A stretch of 64,000 bases of DNA from an uncultured Nitrospiraceae bacterium (GTDB lineage Bacteria; Nitrospirota; Nitrospiria; Nitrospirales; Nitrospiraceae): contig CAVSTP010000004.1 of NCBI GenBank assembly GCA_963730935.1, positions 160,001-224,000 on the forward strand, in the 5' to 3' direction. Positions 28,925-38,859 of the stretch are shown in pieces; the first letter of the stretch is position 1, and each line of letters begins with the position of its first letter. Made by a program: the position numbers and the translations under genes. A model generated the notes under the pieces. The model had not been told where the DNA came from and searched no databases. It saw nothing but the letters and a program-made list of their open reading frames with translations.

Positions 28925-30049
28925 TTACGCGACGTCGGTCTGTGGCGTCAGACTGAGCACCGTGCCGGCCCGTACGTGCCCCGAGGTTCGCGTATGGGTG
29001 ACCAGCTGTGGACGGTGCGAGGTGGCTGCCATGCTCTCGTAAATTGCAAGATAGTCCTTCACCATGCGCTCGACCGTGAATCGTTTTTCGAAGATTTCAC
29101 GGCAACGGGAGCGGTCGATCAACGACAGACCGGCGACGGCTTGCGCCATCTCGCCGATGTTGTCGCAGATGTACCCCGTCACGCCATGGTCAATGATTTC
29201 GGGGATCGACCCTTGACGATAGGCCAGAACCGGCGTGCCGCATGCCATGGCTTCGATCAACACGAGTCCGAACGGCTCGGGCCAATCGTAGGGACAGAGG
29301 AGTGCGGTCGCTTCGCCCAGAAAATCGTTTTTTTCGGCGTCGTTGATTTCGCCGACGTACTCGATCAACGGGTGATCCAGGAGATGCTCGATCTTCTGCT
29401 TGAAATAGGCCTCGTCTGCAGGATCGACCTTCGCGGCGATGCGTAGCGGCATGCCGACGCGCTTTGCGACTTCGATGGCGTGATCGGGACATTTCTCGGG
29501 CGAGATGCGCCCGAGAAACGCCAAATAGGATCCCGGCCGGTCGTGCACCGAGTACAAGTTCTTCGGAATACCGTGATACACGGTGCCCGCCCAATTCGCT
29601 TGCGGCAAGGGCTTTCGTTGGGCGTCGGAAATGGACACCACGGGCATTTCGGCATACTCGTTGAAGATGGGCTGCAATTCCGGCAAGTCCAGACGCCCGT
29701 GCAGCGTGGTGACGACCGGCGCGTGAGCGCGGCGGCTCATGGGAAAGCTCAGAAAATCCAGATGGGAGTGGATGATGTCGTATTGTGCGGAGGCGGCGCC
29801 CAGCGCCTGCTCCTGCATTAGGAGCAAGGGAGCATCACGATTGATCAGACTGGTGTCGTGGAGACGAAGCGCCCGTGGACAGCCGGCCTTGAGCTGCGCG
29901 GCTGTCTTGGAGTCTCCGCTTGCGAACAGGGTGACCTCATGGCCTTGACGTACGAGTTCCTCGGTCAGGTAGGACACAATCCGTTCGGTCCCGCCGTACA
30001 GCTGCGGGGGCACACTTTCCCAGAGCGGAGACAACTGAGCGATCTTCAT
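28925..30049 (-). CDS. Glycosyltransferase family 4
   Basis: VPPQLYGGTER, LGRISPEK, EPFGLVLIEAMACGTPV. Confidence 0.92.
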   Translation of the reverse strand: MKIAQLSPLWESVPPQLYGGTERIVSYLTEELVRQGHEVTLFASGDSKTAAQLKAGCPRALRLHDTSLINRDAPLLLMQEQALGAASAQYDIIHSHLDFLSFPMSRRAHAPVVTTLHGRLDLPELQPIFNEYAEMPVVSISDAQRKPLPQANWAGTVYHGIPKNLYSVHDRPGSYLAFLGRISPEKCPDHAIEVAKRVGMPLRIAAKVDPADEAYFKQKIEHLLDHPLIEYVGEINDAEKNDFLGEATALLCPYDWPEPFGLVLIEAMACGTPVLAYRQGSIPEIIDHGVTGYICDNIGEMAQAVAGLSLIDRSRCREIFEKRFTVERMVKDYLAIYESMAATSHRPQLVTHTRTSGHVRAGTVLSLTPQTDVA

Positions 30050-30360
30050 GTGGGTGATCCTTTCTATAAAAGAACATGCGCGAGGTGAGATGCTTTACTA
30101 TGGCGAACTGCAGTCCTGACTCGAACTAGGGGAACTTCTAGCCCGTCCAGGTTGTCCTACCCTGGCCCCTGCTCGCTTTGGCCCTTGATGCCCGCTCAGC
30201 AGTTCTCCCGATGTGCCCTCCACGATTCTCCCCCGGCAGTTTCAGTGACATCACGGATAGTCGCATCGGGATGCATTCGATACTGTGGCGACAATAGGGA
30301 TGAAAGACCGGCCGGCTAGGTACTTGCCGAGCCGATCGACAAAGGCGCAGGTCACGATTT

Positions 30361-30378
30361 GTACAAGAATTCTTGTAC
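30361..30378. promoter_or_regulatory. Perfect 18-bp palindrome upstream of the nusG paralogue
   Basis: GTACAAGAATTCTTGTAC. Confidence 0.5.
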
Positions 30379-30421
30379 GAGGGATTGGCGGCTTGCGGAT
30401 CAAAGGTAATGGAGGTTCGGG

Positions 30422-31018
30422 ATGGGGAACCATGGCCAAACCGAAAGGGGCGGAGCCCTTTCGCTTCTTGCGACGGCCGACAGAGCGCACGTAAAAGTAT
30501 CCGACGTCGGCGCACATCAGCCGCAGTGGTACGCTCTGTGGACCCACAGTCATTGCGAGCAACTGGTGAGGGGACAGCTCGACTCCAGAGGGTTCGAAGT
30601 CTTCCTCCCGACGATCGGTGTGTGGTCCTGGCGTGCCGGTGTGAAGCACCGGATTCGCCGCCCGTTGTTTCCGGGCTATCTGTTTGTGCGCGACGTGTTG
30701 AGCGCCTCTCGCTATGTCGAACTGCTCAAGGCGAGGGGGTTGGTCGGCGTGCTGGGAGGACAAGACGGCGGTCCAGGAGAGATCCCGGAAGTCGAGATCG
30801 ATGCCATCCGTTCCCTCGTGAACTCCGAATTGCCGGCTTCCCCCTATCCATATCTACAGACCGGCCAGCGAGCGCGCATCAGCGAGGGACCGCTCGCGGG
30901 CGTGAAAGGCATTCTCGTAGACCGGCGCGCCGGCAAAAGGCTTCTGGTGTTGTCGGTGCATCTCTTTCGCCGCAGCGTCGCCGTCGAAGTGGACTGTCCC
31001 TTGGCCGTTGCCGCATGA
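30422..31018 (+). CDS. NusG paralogue (RfaH/UpxY-type antiterminator)
   Basis: WYALWT, PLFPGYLFV NGN domain; KOW GQRARISEGPLAGVKG. Confidence 0.88.
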   Translation: MGNHGQTERGGALSLLATADRAHVKVSDVGAHQPQWYALWTHSHCEQLVRGQLDSRGFEVFLPTIGVWSWRAGVKHRIRRPLFPGYLFVRDVLSASRYVELLKARGLVGVLGGQDGGPGEIPEVEIDAIRSLVNSELPASPYPYLQTGQRARISEGPLAGVKGILVDRRAGKRLLVLSVHLFRRSVAVEVDCPLAVAA

Positions 31019-31059
31019 CGTGGCCCATGCGGTGCACGGGCAGGTGCGTTGCGATGCGG

Positions 31060-31167
31060 AATCTCCGGCTCCTTGTCAACCTTGTGTTGTGGATACGGAT
31101 GGCGATCGACGGTGAGGAACCGCAGGCCCTGGCACGGCCGATGGAGCGAGTGGCGGTATCAGTCTGA
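31060..31167 (+). pseudogene. Probable 3' remnant of an asparagine synthase-like (AsnB) gene
   Basis: LRLLVNLVLWIRMAIDGEEP resembles AsnB C-termini; stop lies 2 nt before the next gene. Confidence 0.45.
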
Positions 31168-31169
31168 CG

Positions 31170-33344
31170 GTGACACACACGGCGATGACACCAATTTCTG
31201 CGAGGCTGAGAAAACTCGCCGGCATGGAACCGGTCGAGTGGCGCGAACGGGGGCGGCAGCTTCTGCTGAAGTCCGGCGAGCGATACTTCGGCATGAGGCA
31301 GGGCGAGATGAACGACCGAACTTTCCGGCGCCGGTTAGTGCCTCCCTTCGATCAGGCGCCTGTTGAGACAGTGGCCGAAGATGTGCTGGAGGTGATGCGA
31401 GGCCTGGATTTCAGCCGTCGTCCCTTCATGCCGCTGTTCGGCGCGCGCGAGCTGACGGCCTCGCTGTTCCGCCGCCGGTTTCCTGCCGAATGTGAGCGGT
31501 TGCTGCACCGCGCCGATCGGGCGATTGCCGGACGGTTCGACCTCCTTGGCCTCACCGACGTGTCGTTCGGGCATCCGATCGATTGGCATCTCGAGCCGAC
31601 ATCGGGAAAGCGGACCGGAAATCCCCATTGGAGTGTGATTTCTTACCTGAATCCGTCCGTCGCAGGCGATAAGAAGATCACCTGGGAGCTCAATCGGCAC
31701 GGGCATTTCGTCACGTTGGGCCAAGCCTATCTCCTAACCAAGGATGACCGGTATGCCGAGGCCTTCATCTGCCAACTGACGGCGTGGCTGGACGCGAATC
31801 CCCCGCGCCGGGGGATCAATTGGGCCAGCTCCCTCGAGCTGTCGATTAGATGCATCGCCTGGCTGTGGGCCATGCCCTGTTTTGCCTGGTCCGGCCGGCT
31901 GACCCCTATCATTATATGGAGGATCCTGAAGAGCCTGTTCCAGCAAGGGTCGTACATCGAATCGTACCTATCGCATTACGTTGCGCCGAATACGCACTTG
32001 ACCGGAGAAGCCCTGGGACTCTTGTATCTCGGCACCGCCCTTCCCTGGTTCAACGACGCCTCCCGCTGGCGTGAATTGGGTCTGCGGATCTTGCTCGAGC
32101 AATTGCCACGGCAGGTGCAGCACGACGGCGTGTATTTCGAACATGCCTCCTACTTTCACCGTTACACGACCGACTTTTATGTTCACGCGGTTCTGCTGGC
32201 TCGCGCTGGAGGTCTTGCGCTACCGCCATCCGTTCTCGAGACGCTCGCACGGTTGCTCGATCATCTGCTTTGGATCACGAGACCGGACGGAAAGAGCACG
32301 CTGTACGGAGACGATGACGGCGGCCGGCTCTTGACCTTGCATCAGCGCGAGTCGGGCGACTTCCGCGATACGTTGCAGACCGGAGCGGCACTGTGTGGCA
32401 CCGGCACATGGAAATGGGCAGCCAGGCCGGCCTGCCCGGAGGTCTTGTGGCTGCTTGGGCCGGAGGGGCTTGAAGCGTATGAGCGCCTGGCACCGGTCGA
32501 ACCGGACAGCGTGGTCAAGCGGTTTCCGACGAGCGGGTTCGTCGTGCTTCGGGACGGATGGAACGAACGATCGAGCTATGTCTTCGTGGATACCGGTGCG
32601 CACGGCGCAATGAACTATGTCCATGCGCATGCCGACGCCTTGTCGTTCGAATATGCGTCCAATGGTGTCACCTGGTTGGTCGATCCGGGCACCTACACCT
32701 ATACGAAGGATCCGGCGCTGCGCGATCAGTTCCGATCCTCTTCCGCGCACAACACGGTGATCGTGGAAGGACAGTCTCAATCTCAGACCAGCGGACCGTT
32801 TTCATGGGCTCACGTCGCCGAGACCACCTTGCAAGAATTGACGGCAACCGATGAGGCCGCAACATGCCGGGGGGTACACAACGGCTATGAACGGCTTGAT
32901 CCTCCAGTACGACATCAGCGGTCTATTCAGCTCGTCAAAAGATCGGATCGCCCGGCGGGCTCGTATCTATTGATAGAAGACCGGATCACCACTGTCGGCT
33001 CGTATCGTTATCAGCTCAGATTTCATCTCGCGCCGGACTGCAAGCCCTCGCAGGGCAACGCCCAGTTCGTCGTCCACCATCCCAACGGCCCTCAACTTGC
33101 GGTGGGCATCTGGCTGGTCGATCCACAGCGTGCCGCCACGGCGGTTCCGATCGGCGTCGAAGAGGGGTGGGTCTCTCCCAACTACGCGCGAAAGTTTCCG
33201 GCTTCAATCCTTGTCGCCAATGCCGAAGGGGCGGGGGATCAAACGTTTGTGACGGTCCTCGCGCCCCTCGATGGGGAGGTGGCCGTTGACTTGGAGTGCC
33301 TCGCACGTCTGGCCACCGACCGGGATGTGGAGTGCGCGGCCTGA
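31170..33344 (+). CDS. Heparinase II/III family protein
   Basis: WELNRH, GINWASSLE, NTHL, DGVYFE, HAHADALSF, DPGTYTY, AHNTV. Confidence 0.88.
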   Translation: MTHTAMTPISARLRKLAGMEPVEWRERGRQLLLKSGERYFGMRQGEMNDRTFRRRLVPPFDQAPVETVAEDVLEVMRGLDFSRRPFMPLFGARELTASLFRRRFPAECERLLHRADRAIAGRFDLLGLTDVSFGHPIDWHLEPTSGKRTGNPHWSVISYLNPSVAGDKKITWELNRHGHFVTLGQAYLLTKDDRYAEAFICQLTAWLDANPPRRGINWASSLELSIRCIAWLWAMPCFAWSGRLTPIIIWRILKSLFQQGSYIESYLSHYVAPNTHLTGEALGLLYLGTALPWFNDASRWRELGLRILLEQLPRQVQHDGVYFEHASYFHRYTTDFYVHAVLLARAGGLALPPSVLETLARLLDHLLWITRPDGKSTLYGDDDGGRLLTLHQRESGDFRDTLQTGAALCGTGTWKWAARPACPEVLWLLGPEGLEAYERLAPVEPDSVVKRFPTSGFVVLRDGWNERSSYVFVDTGAHGAMNYVHAHADALSFEYASNGVTWLVDPGTYTYTKDPALRDQFRSSSAHNTVIVEGQSQSQTSGPFSWAHVAETTLQELTATDEAATCRGVHNGYERLDPPVRHQRSIQLVKRSDRPAGSYLLIEDRITTVGSYRYQLRFHLAPDCKPSQGNAQFVVHHPNGPQLAVGIWLVDPQRAATAVPIGVEEGWVSPNYARKFPASILVANAEGAGDQTFVTVLAPLDGEVAVDLECLARLATDRDVECAA

Positions 33345-33388
33345 ACCCGATCTCAGATCGATCTCAATTTTCACACTACAGTCCTCAG

Positions 33389-33510
33389 ATGAGACTGCTC
33401 TGGCTCAAGACCAACTTGCTGCATCATCCTGTCGCTACCGGCGGGGAGATCCGCACATAGTACATGTTGCACGAACTCAAGCAGCGGCATCATGTGACCT
33501 ATCTTGTTCT
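33389..33510 (+). pseudogene. 5' remnant of a GT4 glycosyltransferase
   Basis: MRLLWLKTNLLHHPVATGGEIRT*YMLHELKQRHHVTYL with in-frame TAG at 33458-33460; similarity ends shortly after. Confidence 0.6.
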
Positions 33511-33606
33511 CAGAGCGAGGGCGAAGATCGTTTGGGGGATGTGCAGGAGATGGTTCAGCGTCGGGGATGAAACGATCGGGGATTCGCTCGGCGATGGGAG
33601 CAGAGT

Positions 33607-34302
33607 CTACGACTCGGGAAGAGCAGGATCAAGCCGATATCCGACATTGCGCACAGTAAAGATGCGGCGGCCTTCGCCGCCCAGCTTGTTTCGCAGGCTT
33701 CGTATATGCACGTCGATGGTCCGCGACTGCAGATCTGCGTCCTTGCTGGCTCCCCACACTGATTCGAACAACGCATCTCGGCTCAGGACCCGCCCGTTGG
33801 TCATCAGCAATGCGCGGAGCAAGCTGAACTCCTTGGAGGTCAAGTGAATCGGCCTCCCGCGGAGCGTCACCTGGTAGCGGTCGAGTTCCATCTCCAATGA
33901 GCCGACTTTCAGCACCCGCGCGGGATCGGTGGGGGCTGATCGCCGGAGCCGGCCCTTGACCCTGGCAATCAGCTCATTGGCTTGAAACGGCTTCGTCATA
34001 TAGTCGTCGGCGCCGATCTCAAGACCGATCACCTTGTCGCGTTCTTCATCCTTTCCGCTGAGCACGATGATGGGTAGGTGAGCAGTGATCGGATCCTGGC
34101 GGACACGCCGCAGCACCTCCAGGCCGTCGAGTCGGGGCAGAATCAGATCGAGCAGCATCAGGTCCGGCTTCTCGCGGCGCACAGCCTCGAGCGCATCCGG
34201 CCCATCCCGAGCCACGGCCACCTCAAACCCCTCACGCTGCAGCAGGGTGCGGAGGAGGTCAACGACGCTGTCCATGTCTTCGACGACGAGGATTTTTGCC
34301 AT
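33607..34302 (-). CDS. OmpR/PhoB family response regulator
   Basis: REC (LDLILP, GADDYMTKPF) + winged HTH (SRTIDVHIRSLR, TVRNVGY). Confidence 0.92.
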   Translation of the reverse strand: MAKILVVEDMDSVVDLLRTLLQREGFEVAVARDGPDALEAVRREKPDLMLLDLILPRLDGLEVLRRVRQDPITAHLPIIVLSGKDEERDKVIGLEIGADDYMTKPFQANELIARVKGRLRRSAPTDPARVLKVGSLEMELDRYQVTLRGRPIHLTSKEFSLLRALLMTNGRVLSRDALFESVWGASKDADLQSRTIDVHIRSLRNKLGGEGRRIFTVRNVGYRLDPALPES

Positions 34303-34326
34303 GGGTGGCCTGAAGCGTTGAAGGTG

Positions 34327-35019
34327 TTAAGGTTCGATCAAGCGACGGCGAATGGAATATCGCACGAGACTGGCGGTGTCATGAAGATCCAGCTTGTCCA
34401 TGATTCGATGTCGATGCGATTCCGCCGTCTTCACGCTCACCCCCAGCAGTCCCGCGACTTTTTTCGTCGTCATGCCCTGGGCGACCAGCTGTAACACTTC
34501 CCGTTCCCTGATCGTCAAGGGATCAGCCGGAACGTCGCTCTTGGCTAGAAAGGCCTGAATCACCGTCTGGGAAATGCCCGGGCTGAGATAGAACGATCCT
34601 TTCGAAACGTCGCGAATGGCATGCACGACCTCCGTCACCGGTTGGGATTTGAGCAAATATCCTTTGACGCCGACCTTCATCGCCTCGAGCACGAACTCGT
34701 CATCCGTATGCATGGTGAGCAGCAGCGATTTTGTACCGGGGGAGACTCGTCGAATTTCGCGGACGACGTCCATGCCATTCAACAACGGCATCATGACGTC
34801 GATGACCGCCACATCGGGTTGCGTGTCCTCGGCCAGGCGGACCGCTTCCCGGCCGTCGCCCGCCTCGCCGACCACGGTGACCCCATATGTTTCGATCAGC
34901 GCCTTGACCCCTTGTCGCAACAGCGTGTGATCGTCGGCCAGCAGCAAGCGGCAGGAGACAAGCGATGGGACTGGCTCAGTATTTCGAGCCTCGAGGCGGC
35001 CCGGTCGCGGAGGCGGCAT
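34327..35019 (-). CDS. NarL/FixJ family response regulator (start uncertain, up to 35094)
   Basis: LADDHTLLRQG, DVMMP, LTIREREVLQLVAQG, KTAESHRHRIMDKL. Confidence 0.9.
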   Translation of the reverse strand: MPPPRPGRLEARNTEPVPSLVSCRLLLADDHTLLRQGVKALIETYGVTVVGEAGDGREAVRLAEDTQPDVAVIDVMMPLLNGMDVVREIRRVSPGTKSLLLTMHTDDEFVLEAMKVGVKGYLLKSQPVTEVVHAIRDVSKGSFYLSPGISQTVIQAFLAKSDVPADPLTIREREVLQLVAQGMTTKKVAGLLGVSVKTAESHRHRIMDKLDLHDTASLVRYSIRRRLIEP

Positions 35020-35244
35020 GACCGATGCCGAAGTGCGAGCGATCACACAGATCTCCTTTGGTTCCGGTTCTGCATAGAGACTTATCCGCTTCAATCGTTC
35101 GTTGTCAGCAGCGACTGGTGAGGCTCTTCTCTTTGCTACGCGTCACATTGTCACAGGATCTGCATCATTGGCACCTAGTGAAGCTCCTAGTTGGAGGCCA
35201 TTGAACAGACCTCAAGAGTGCGCGTGCTTTGAAGAGTTGTTCTC

Positions 35245-35476
35245 ATGGCGGCACTTCCAACGTTGACTGTATGCTGTGTTTGTAAACATGTCGCGCCGAC
35301 CGCCTCGGCCCTCCCAATGGATGCCGATGTCGACCTTTCTCGAGCAACACCATCTCCGGACGGTTGACGTCCGCTTCAGCCACACCTATTGTCCGGTCTG
35401 CTACGAACAACAAGCCGAAGCTTGGTTGATCCCGGTAAAGAACAGTCCGGGACAGACCACGCGTCGCGCGGTGTAG
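35245..35476 (+). pseudogene. Frameshifted small Zn-binding protein (CxxC...SHTYCPxC)
   Basis: MAALPTLTVCCVCKH in one frame, QWMPMSTFLEQHH...FSHTYCPVC in the +1 frame. Confidence 0.5.
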
Positions 35477-35658
35477 TGCAGACTTGACGCCGTTCCCACT
35501 CCTCATCTTCTCCTAAGCGCACTCGCATCGTCCTTGTTCATGGGACATAGGCCGTCGCTCCGGCCCGTGTCAGCGTTCTTCGCGATTTGTGCGACCGCGG
35601 CTCTGTGCGCAAGCGTTGGTTGAAAAAAATCGTGCCTGTCGCAAATACGACCAAACGG

Positions 35659-38600
35659 TCAACGGCTGGGAGCCGGATGGTCGGCGCCTGGCTGGTCGGT
35701 CCGAATGGCGAGTCTCTGGCGCGAAGATGTCCGAACGTCGTCCTCGGCAGGCGCCGGCTGCTTTGCTTCTGCGAAGACTCCATACAGCGTCGGGAGCACG
35801 ATCAACGTCAACAAGGTCGAGCTGACGAGTCCGCCGATGACGACCACGGCGAGAGGACGTTGAACTTCCGATCCGATGCCGTGAGAAAATGCCAACGGAA
35901 TCAAACCCAGCATCGCGACCAGCGCCGTCATCAGGACGGGACGCAGGCGAAGGAGGCAGCCGCGCTCGATCGCCTGGTCATCCGCCAGGCCTTCAGCCCG
36001 AAGTTGATTGATGTAGGACACGAGCACGATGCCGTTGAGCACCGCCACCCCGAACAAGTTGATGAATCCCACTGAGGCAGGCACGCTCAGATATTCTCCC
36101 GTGGCCCAGAGCGACACGATCCCGCCGATGAGGGCGAAGGGAAGATTCAAAATGATCAGGGCGGCATGACGAACGGAATTAAAGGAGGCGAACAACAGCA
36201 AGAAGATCAGCCCGATCGTGATCGGCAGGATGATTTTCAGGCGTGACATGGCACGCTGCATATTTTCGAACGACCCGCCCCAGATCAGATGATAGCCCGT
36301 CGGCAGCTGCACCTGCTTGGCGATTTTGGCCTGGGCTTCCACGACGATACTTTCGATGTCGCGGCCTAGGGTATTGAAGCCGACGTAGATCCTTCGCTGG
36401 AGACCTTCCCGGCTGATCAGCGCCGGCCCTTCGCGCAGCTCGATCTTGGCCAGCTCGCCGAGGGGGATCAGGGCCCCGGTGGCCGTCGTCAATAGGATGT
36501 TGCTGATCGTCTCCACGCTGTCACGGTAGGTTTTCGGATAGCGGAGAATCAGGTCAAAGCGTTTCTGCCCCTCGTAGACCCGGGTGGCCGCCTCGGCGCC
36601 AATCGCCGTCGAGATGATTTCCCGGATGTGCGCCACATTGATGCCATACCGCGCAATCTTTCCCCGGTCGATATCGATCGTGAGGTAGGCCTGGCCGAAG
36701 AGTTGTTCTACGCGCACGTCTTTGACGCCGGCGATGCCGGTCATGATCGTCTGCACCTGCTCCGCCGTTTTGCGCAACTGATCCAGGTCCTCTCCGATGA
36801 TTTTCACGGTGGCTTCCGAGCGCACCCCCGACAGCAGTTCATCGACGCGTTGTTGAATCGGCTGGCTCAGCAGAAAATTTGCGCCCGGCACGCGCTCGAT
36901 GCGCCGGCGGATCGCATCATCCAGTTCAGGCTTCGTTTTGGCCGTCTTCCATTCCTCCATCGGCTTCAGTGAAACGACCGGATCGCTGGCGTTGGGCTCC
37001 TGGGGATCATTGCCGAGCTCCGACCGTCCGATTTTCGAGACCACCATCCGCACTTCCGGAAACTCCATGACGGCGCGCTGCATCTCCATCTCAATCTCGA
37101 TGGATTTATCGAGCGAGATGCTGGGAAGCCGGATCGTTTGCGGCGTGATCGCCGCCTCGTTGAGAATGGGAATGAATTCGCCGCCGAGAAACGGAAAGAG
37201 CGCAAGGCTGGCGCCCAACATCGCCACCGCCGCGGACAATACGACCCGCCGGTGGGTCAGCGCCCAGGACAGAGACGGGGCGTACAATTGCTTGGCCTTC
37301 CGCAGCAGCCAGGGATCTTTTTCGGTGCCCCTGGTCAGGGCCATTGAACACAGCGCAGGCGACAGCGTGAGCGATAGCAGCAACGAGACCAGCAGGGCGA
37401 TCATGATGGTGTAAGCGAGCGGCTTGAACATCTTCCCTTCCATGCCTTGCAGCGTCAGGATGGGGAGAAAGACCAATATGATGATCAGAATGCCGAACAG
37501 GACCGGTTGGGCGACTTCTTTTGCAGCCTTGAGCACGATGGAAGTTCGGCTGACGGACACACCCGGCGGATGTTCGCTCAGATGGCGATATACGTTTTCC
37601 ACGACCACGACGGATCCGTCCACCATCATGCCAATCGCAATCACCAAGCCGCCTAAGGACATGAGATTGGCCGTCAAGCCGACCTGATCCATGACGATGA
37701 ACGTGGCCAACGGGGCGACCACCAGAGTAGCCGTGACGATCAGCGCGCTCCTCACATTGCCCAGGAACAGGAACAACACGACAATGACGAGGACGATGCC
37801 CTCGAGCAGGGCTTTGTAGACCGTGTGAAGGGCCGCGACGATCAGTTCTAGGCGGTCGTAGAACGGCATGATGCGGAGACCGGCGGGCAGGAGTTTCTGC
37901 TCATGAATGTCCTCGATCTTATCCTTCACGGCCTGCACGACTTCTCGGGCGTTGCCCCCCCGCAGCATCAGGACGATGCCGGCGACCACTTCGCGCTGGC
38001 CGTTCAAGACCGCCGCGCCGTGCCGCACCGCGTGGCCGATCTGCACCTCGGCCACGTCCCTGACAAAGACCGGGGTGCCGCGCGCCTCCTTGACGACGAT
38101 GTTCTCGATGTCGTGCAATGTCTTGATCAGGCCGATGCCTCTGACGATGTATTTTTCAGGTCCTTTTTCGAGGATGTTGCCGCCGGCATTGGAGTTGTTG
38201 TTCGCCACGGCGGTGAATACGTCGTGAAGGGCGAGGTCGTATTTGCGGAGCAGCCCCGGGTCCACCATCACCTGGTATTGTTTGACGAACCCGCCGATCG
38301 AGTTGACATCCACCACGTCCGGTAGGCCCTTGAGGAGGGGACGGATCACCCAATCTTCCAGCGTCCGGCGCTCCATCAACTCCGTCTCCGTGAGCTGGTA
38401 GTCGGGGTCGTTGTCGTGCGGACCTTCCAGATAGAACTGAAATACCTCGCCGAGACCCGGCGAATTGGGCACGAGTTCCGACCGGGCGCCGGGCGGCAAG
38501 CTGTCCTGCACTTCCAAGACACGCTCGAGGACGAGCTGACGCGCCAGATAGATGTCGACGTCGTCGCGGAACACCACGGTAATCATCGACAAGCCGACTT

Positions 38601-38856
38601 TCGACAGGGACCGGATGTCGGTCAATCCGGGGGCGCCGGTCAACTGGAGCTCCAGCGGAAAGGTCACGAAGCGCTCGATTTCGGCAGGGGACAGTCCTTG
38701 CACCTCCGTCACGACCTGGACAAGGACGGTCGTGACGTCTGGAAAGGCATCGATCGCAATCGTGCGGAACGAATAGATGCCCGCAAGCGCGATGAGGCAG
38801 GCCAAGGCGATAACCAACACACGCTGGCGCAGCGCTAGTTCGAGAAAAGAGGACAT
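35659..38856 (-). CDS. czcA: Heavy-metal efflux RND transporter, CzcA/CusA family
   Basis: IDAFPDVT, ANLMSLGG, GMMVDGSVVVVEN, RLRPVLMTA, QRPLAVVVIGG. Confidence 0.92.
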   Translation of the reverse strand: MSSFLELALRQRVLVIALACLIALAGIYSFRTIAIDAFPDVTTVLVQVVTEVQGLSPAEIERFVTFPLELQLTGAPGLTDIRSLSKVGLSMITVVFRDDVDIYLARQLVLERVLEVQDSLPPGARSELVPNSPGLGEVFQFYLEGPHDNDPDYQLTETELMERRTLEDWVIRPLLKGLPDVVDVNSIGGFVKQYQVMVDPGLLRKYDLALHDVFTAVANNNSNAGGNILEKGPEKYIVRGIGLIKTLHDIENIVVKEARGTPVFVRDVAEVQIGHAVRHGAAVLNGQREVVAGIVLMLRGGNAREVVQAVKDKIEDIHEQKLLPAGLRIMPFYDRLELIVAALHTVYKALLEGIVLVIVVLFLFLGNVRSALIVTATLVVAPLATFIVMDQVGLTANLMSLGGLVIAIGMMVDGSVVVVENVYRHLSEHPPGVSVSRTSIVLKAAKEVAQPVLFGILIIILVFLPILTLQGMEGKMFKPLAYTIMIALLVSLLLSLTLSPALCSMALTRGTEKDPWLLRKAKQLYAPSLSWALTHRRVVLSAAVAMLGASLALFPFLGGEFIPILNEAAITPQTIRLPSISLDKSIEIEMEMQRAVMEFPEVRMVVSKIGRSELGNDPQEPNASDPVVSLKPMEEWKTAKTKPELDDAIRRRIERVPGANFLLSQPIQQRVDELLSGVRSEATVKIIGEDLDQLRKTAEQVQTIMTGIAGVKDVRVEQLFGQAYLTIDIDRGKIARYGINVAHIREIISTAIGAEAATRVYEGQKRFDLILRYPKTYRDSVETISNILLTTATGALIPLGELAKIELREGPALISREGLQRRIYVGFNTLGRDIESIVVEAQAKIAKQVQLPTGYHLIWGGSFENMQRAMSRLKIILPITIGLIFLLLFASFNSVRHAALIILNLPFALIGGIVSLWATGEYLSVPASVGFINLFGVAVLNGIVLVSYINQLRAEGLADDQAIERGCLLRLRPVLMTALVAMLGLIPLAFSHGIGSEVQRPLAVVVIGGLVSSTLLTLIVLPTLYGVFAEAKQPAPAEDDVRTSSRQRLAIRTDQPGADHPAPSR

Positions 38857-38859
38857 GAG

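Noticed and set aside
31152..31163. ops-like GGCGGTATCAGT before the heparinase gene
   Set aside because: Imperfect match to GGCGGTAGnnTG, and it lies inside the presumed AsnB coding remnant.
33458..33460. In-frame TAG as pyrrolysine or readthrough
   Set aside because: Similarity ends about 15 codons later, so this is a truncated pseudogene.
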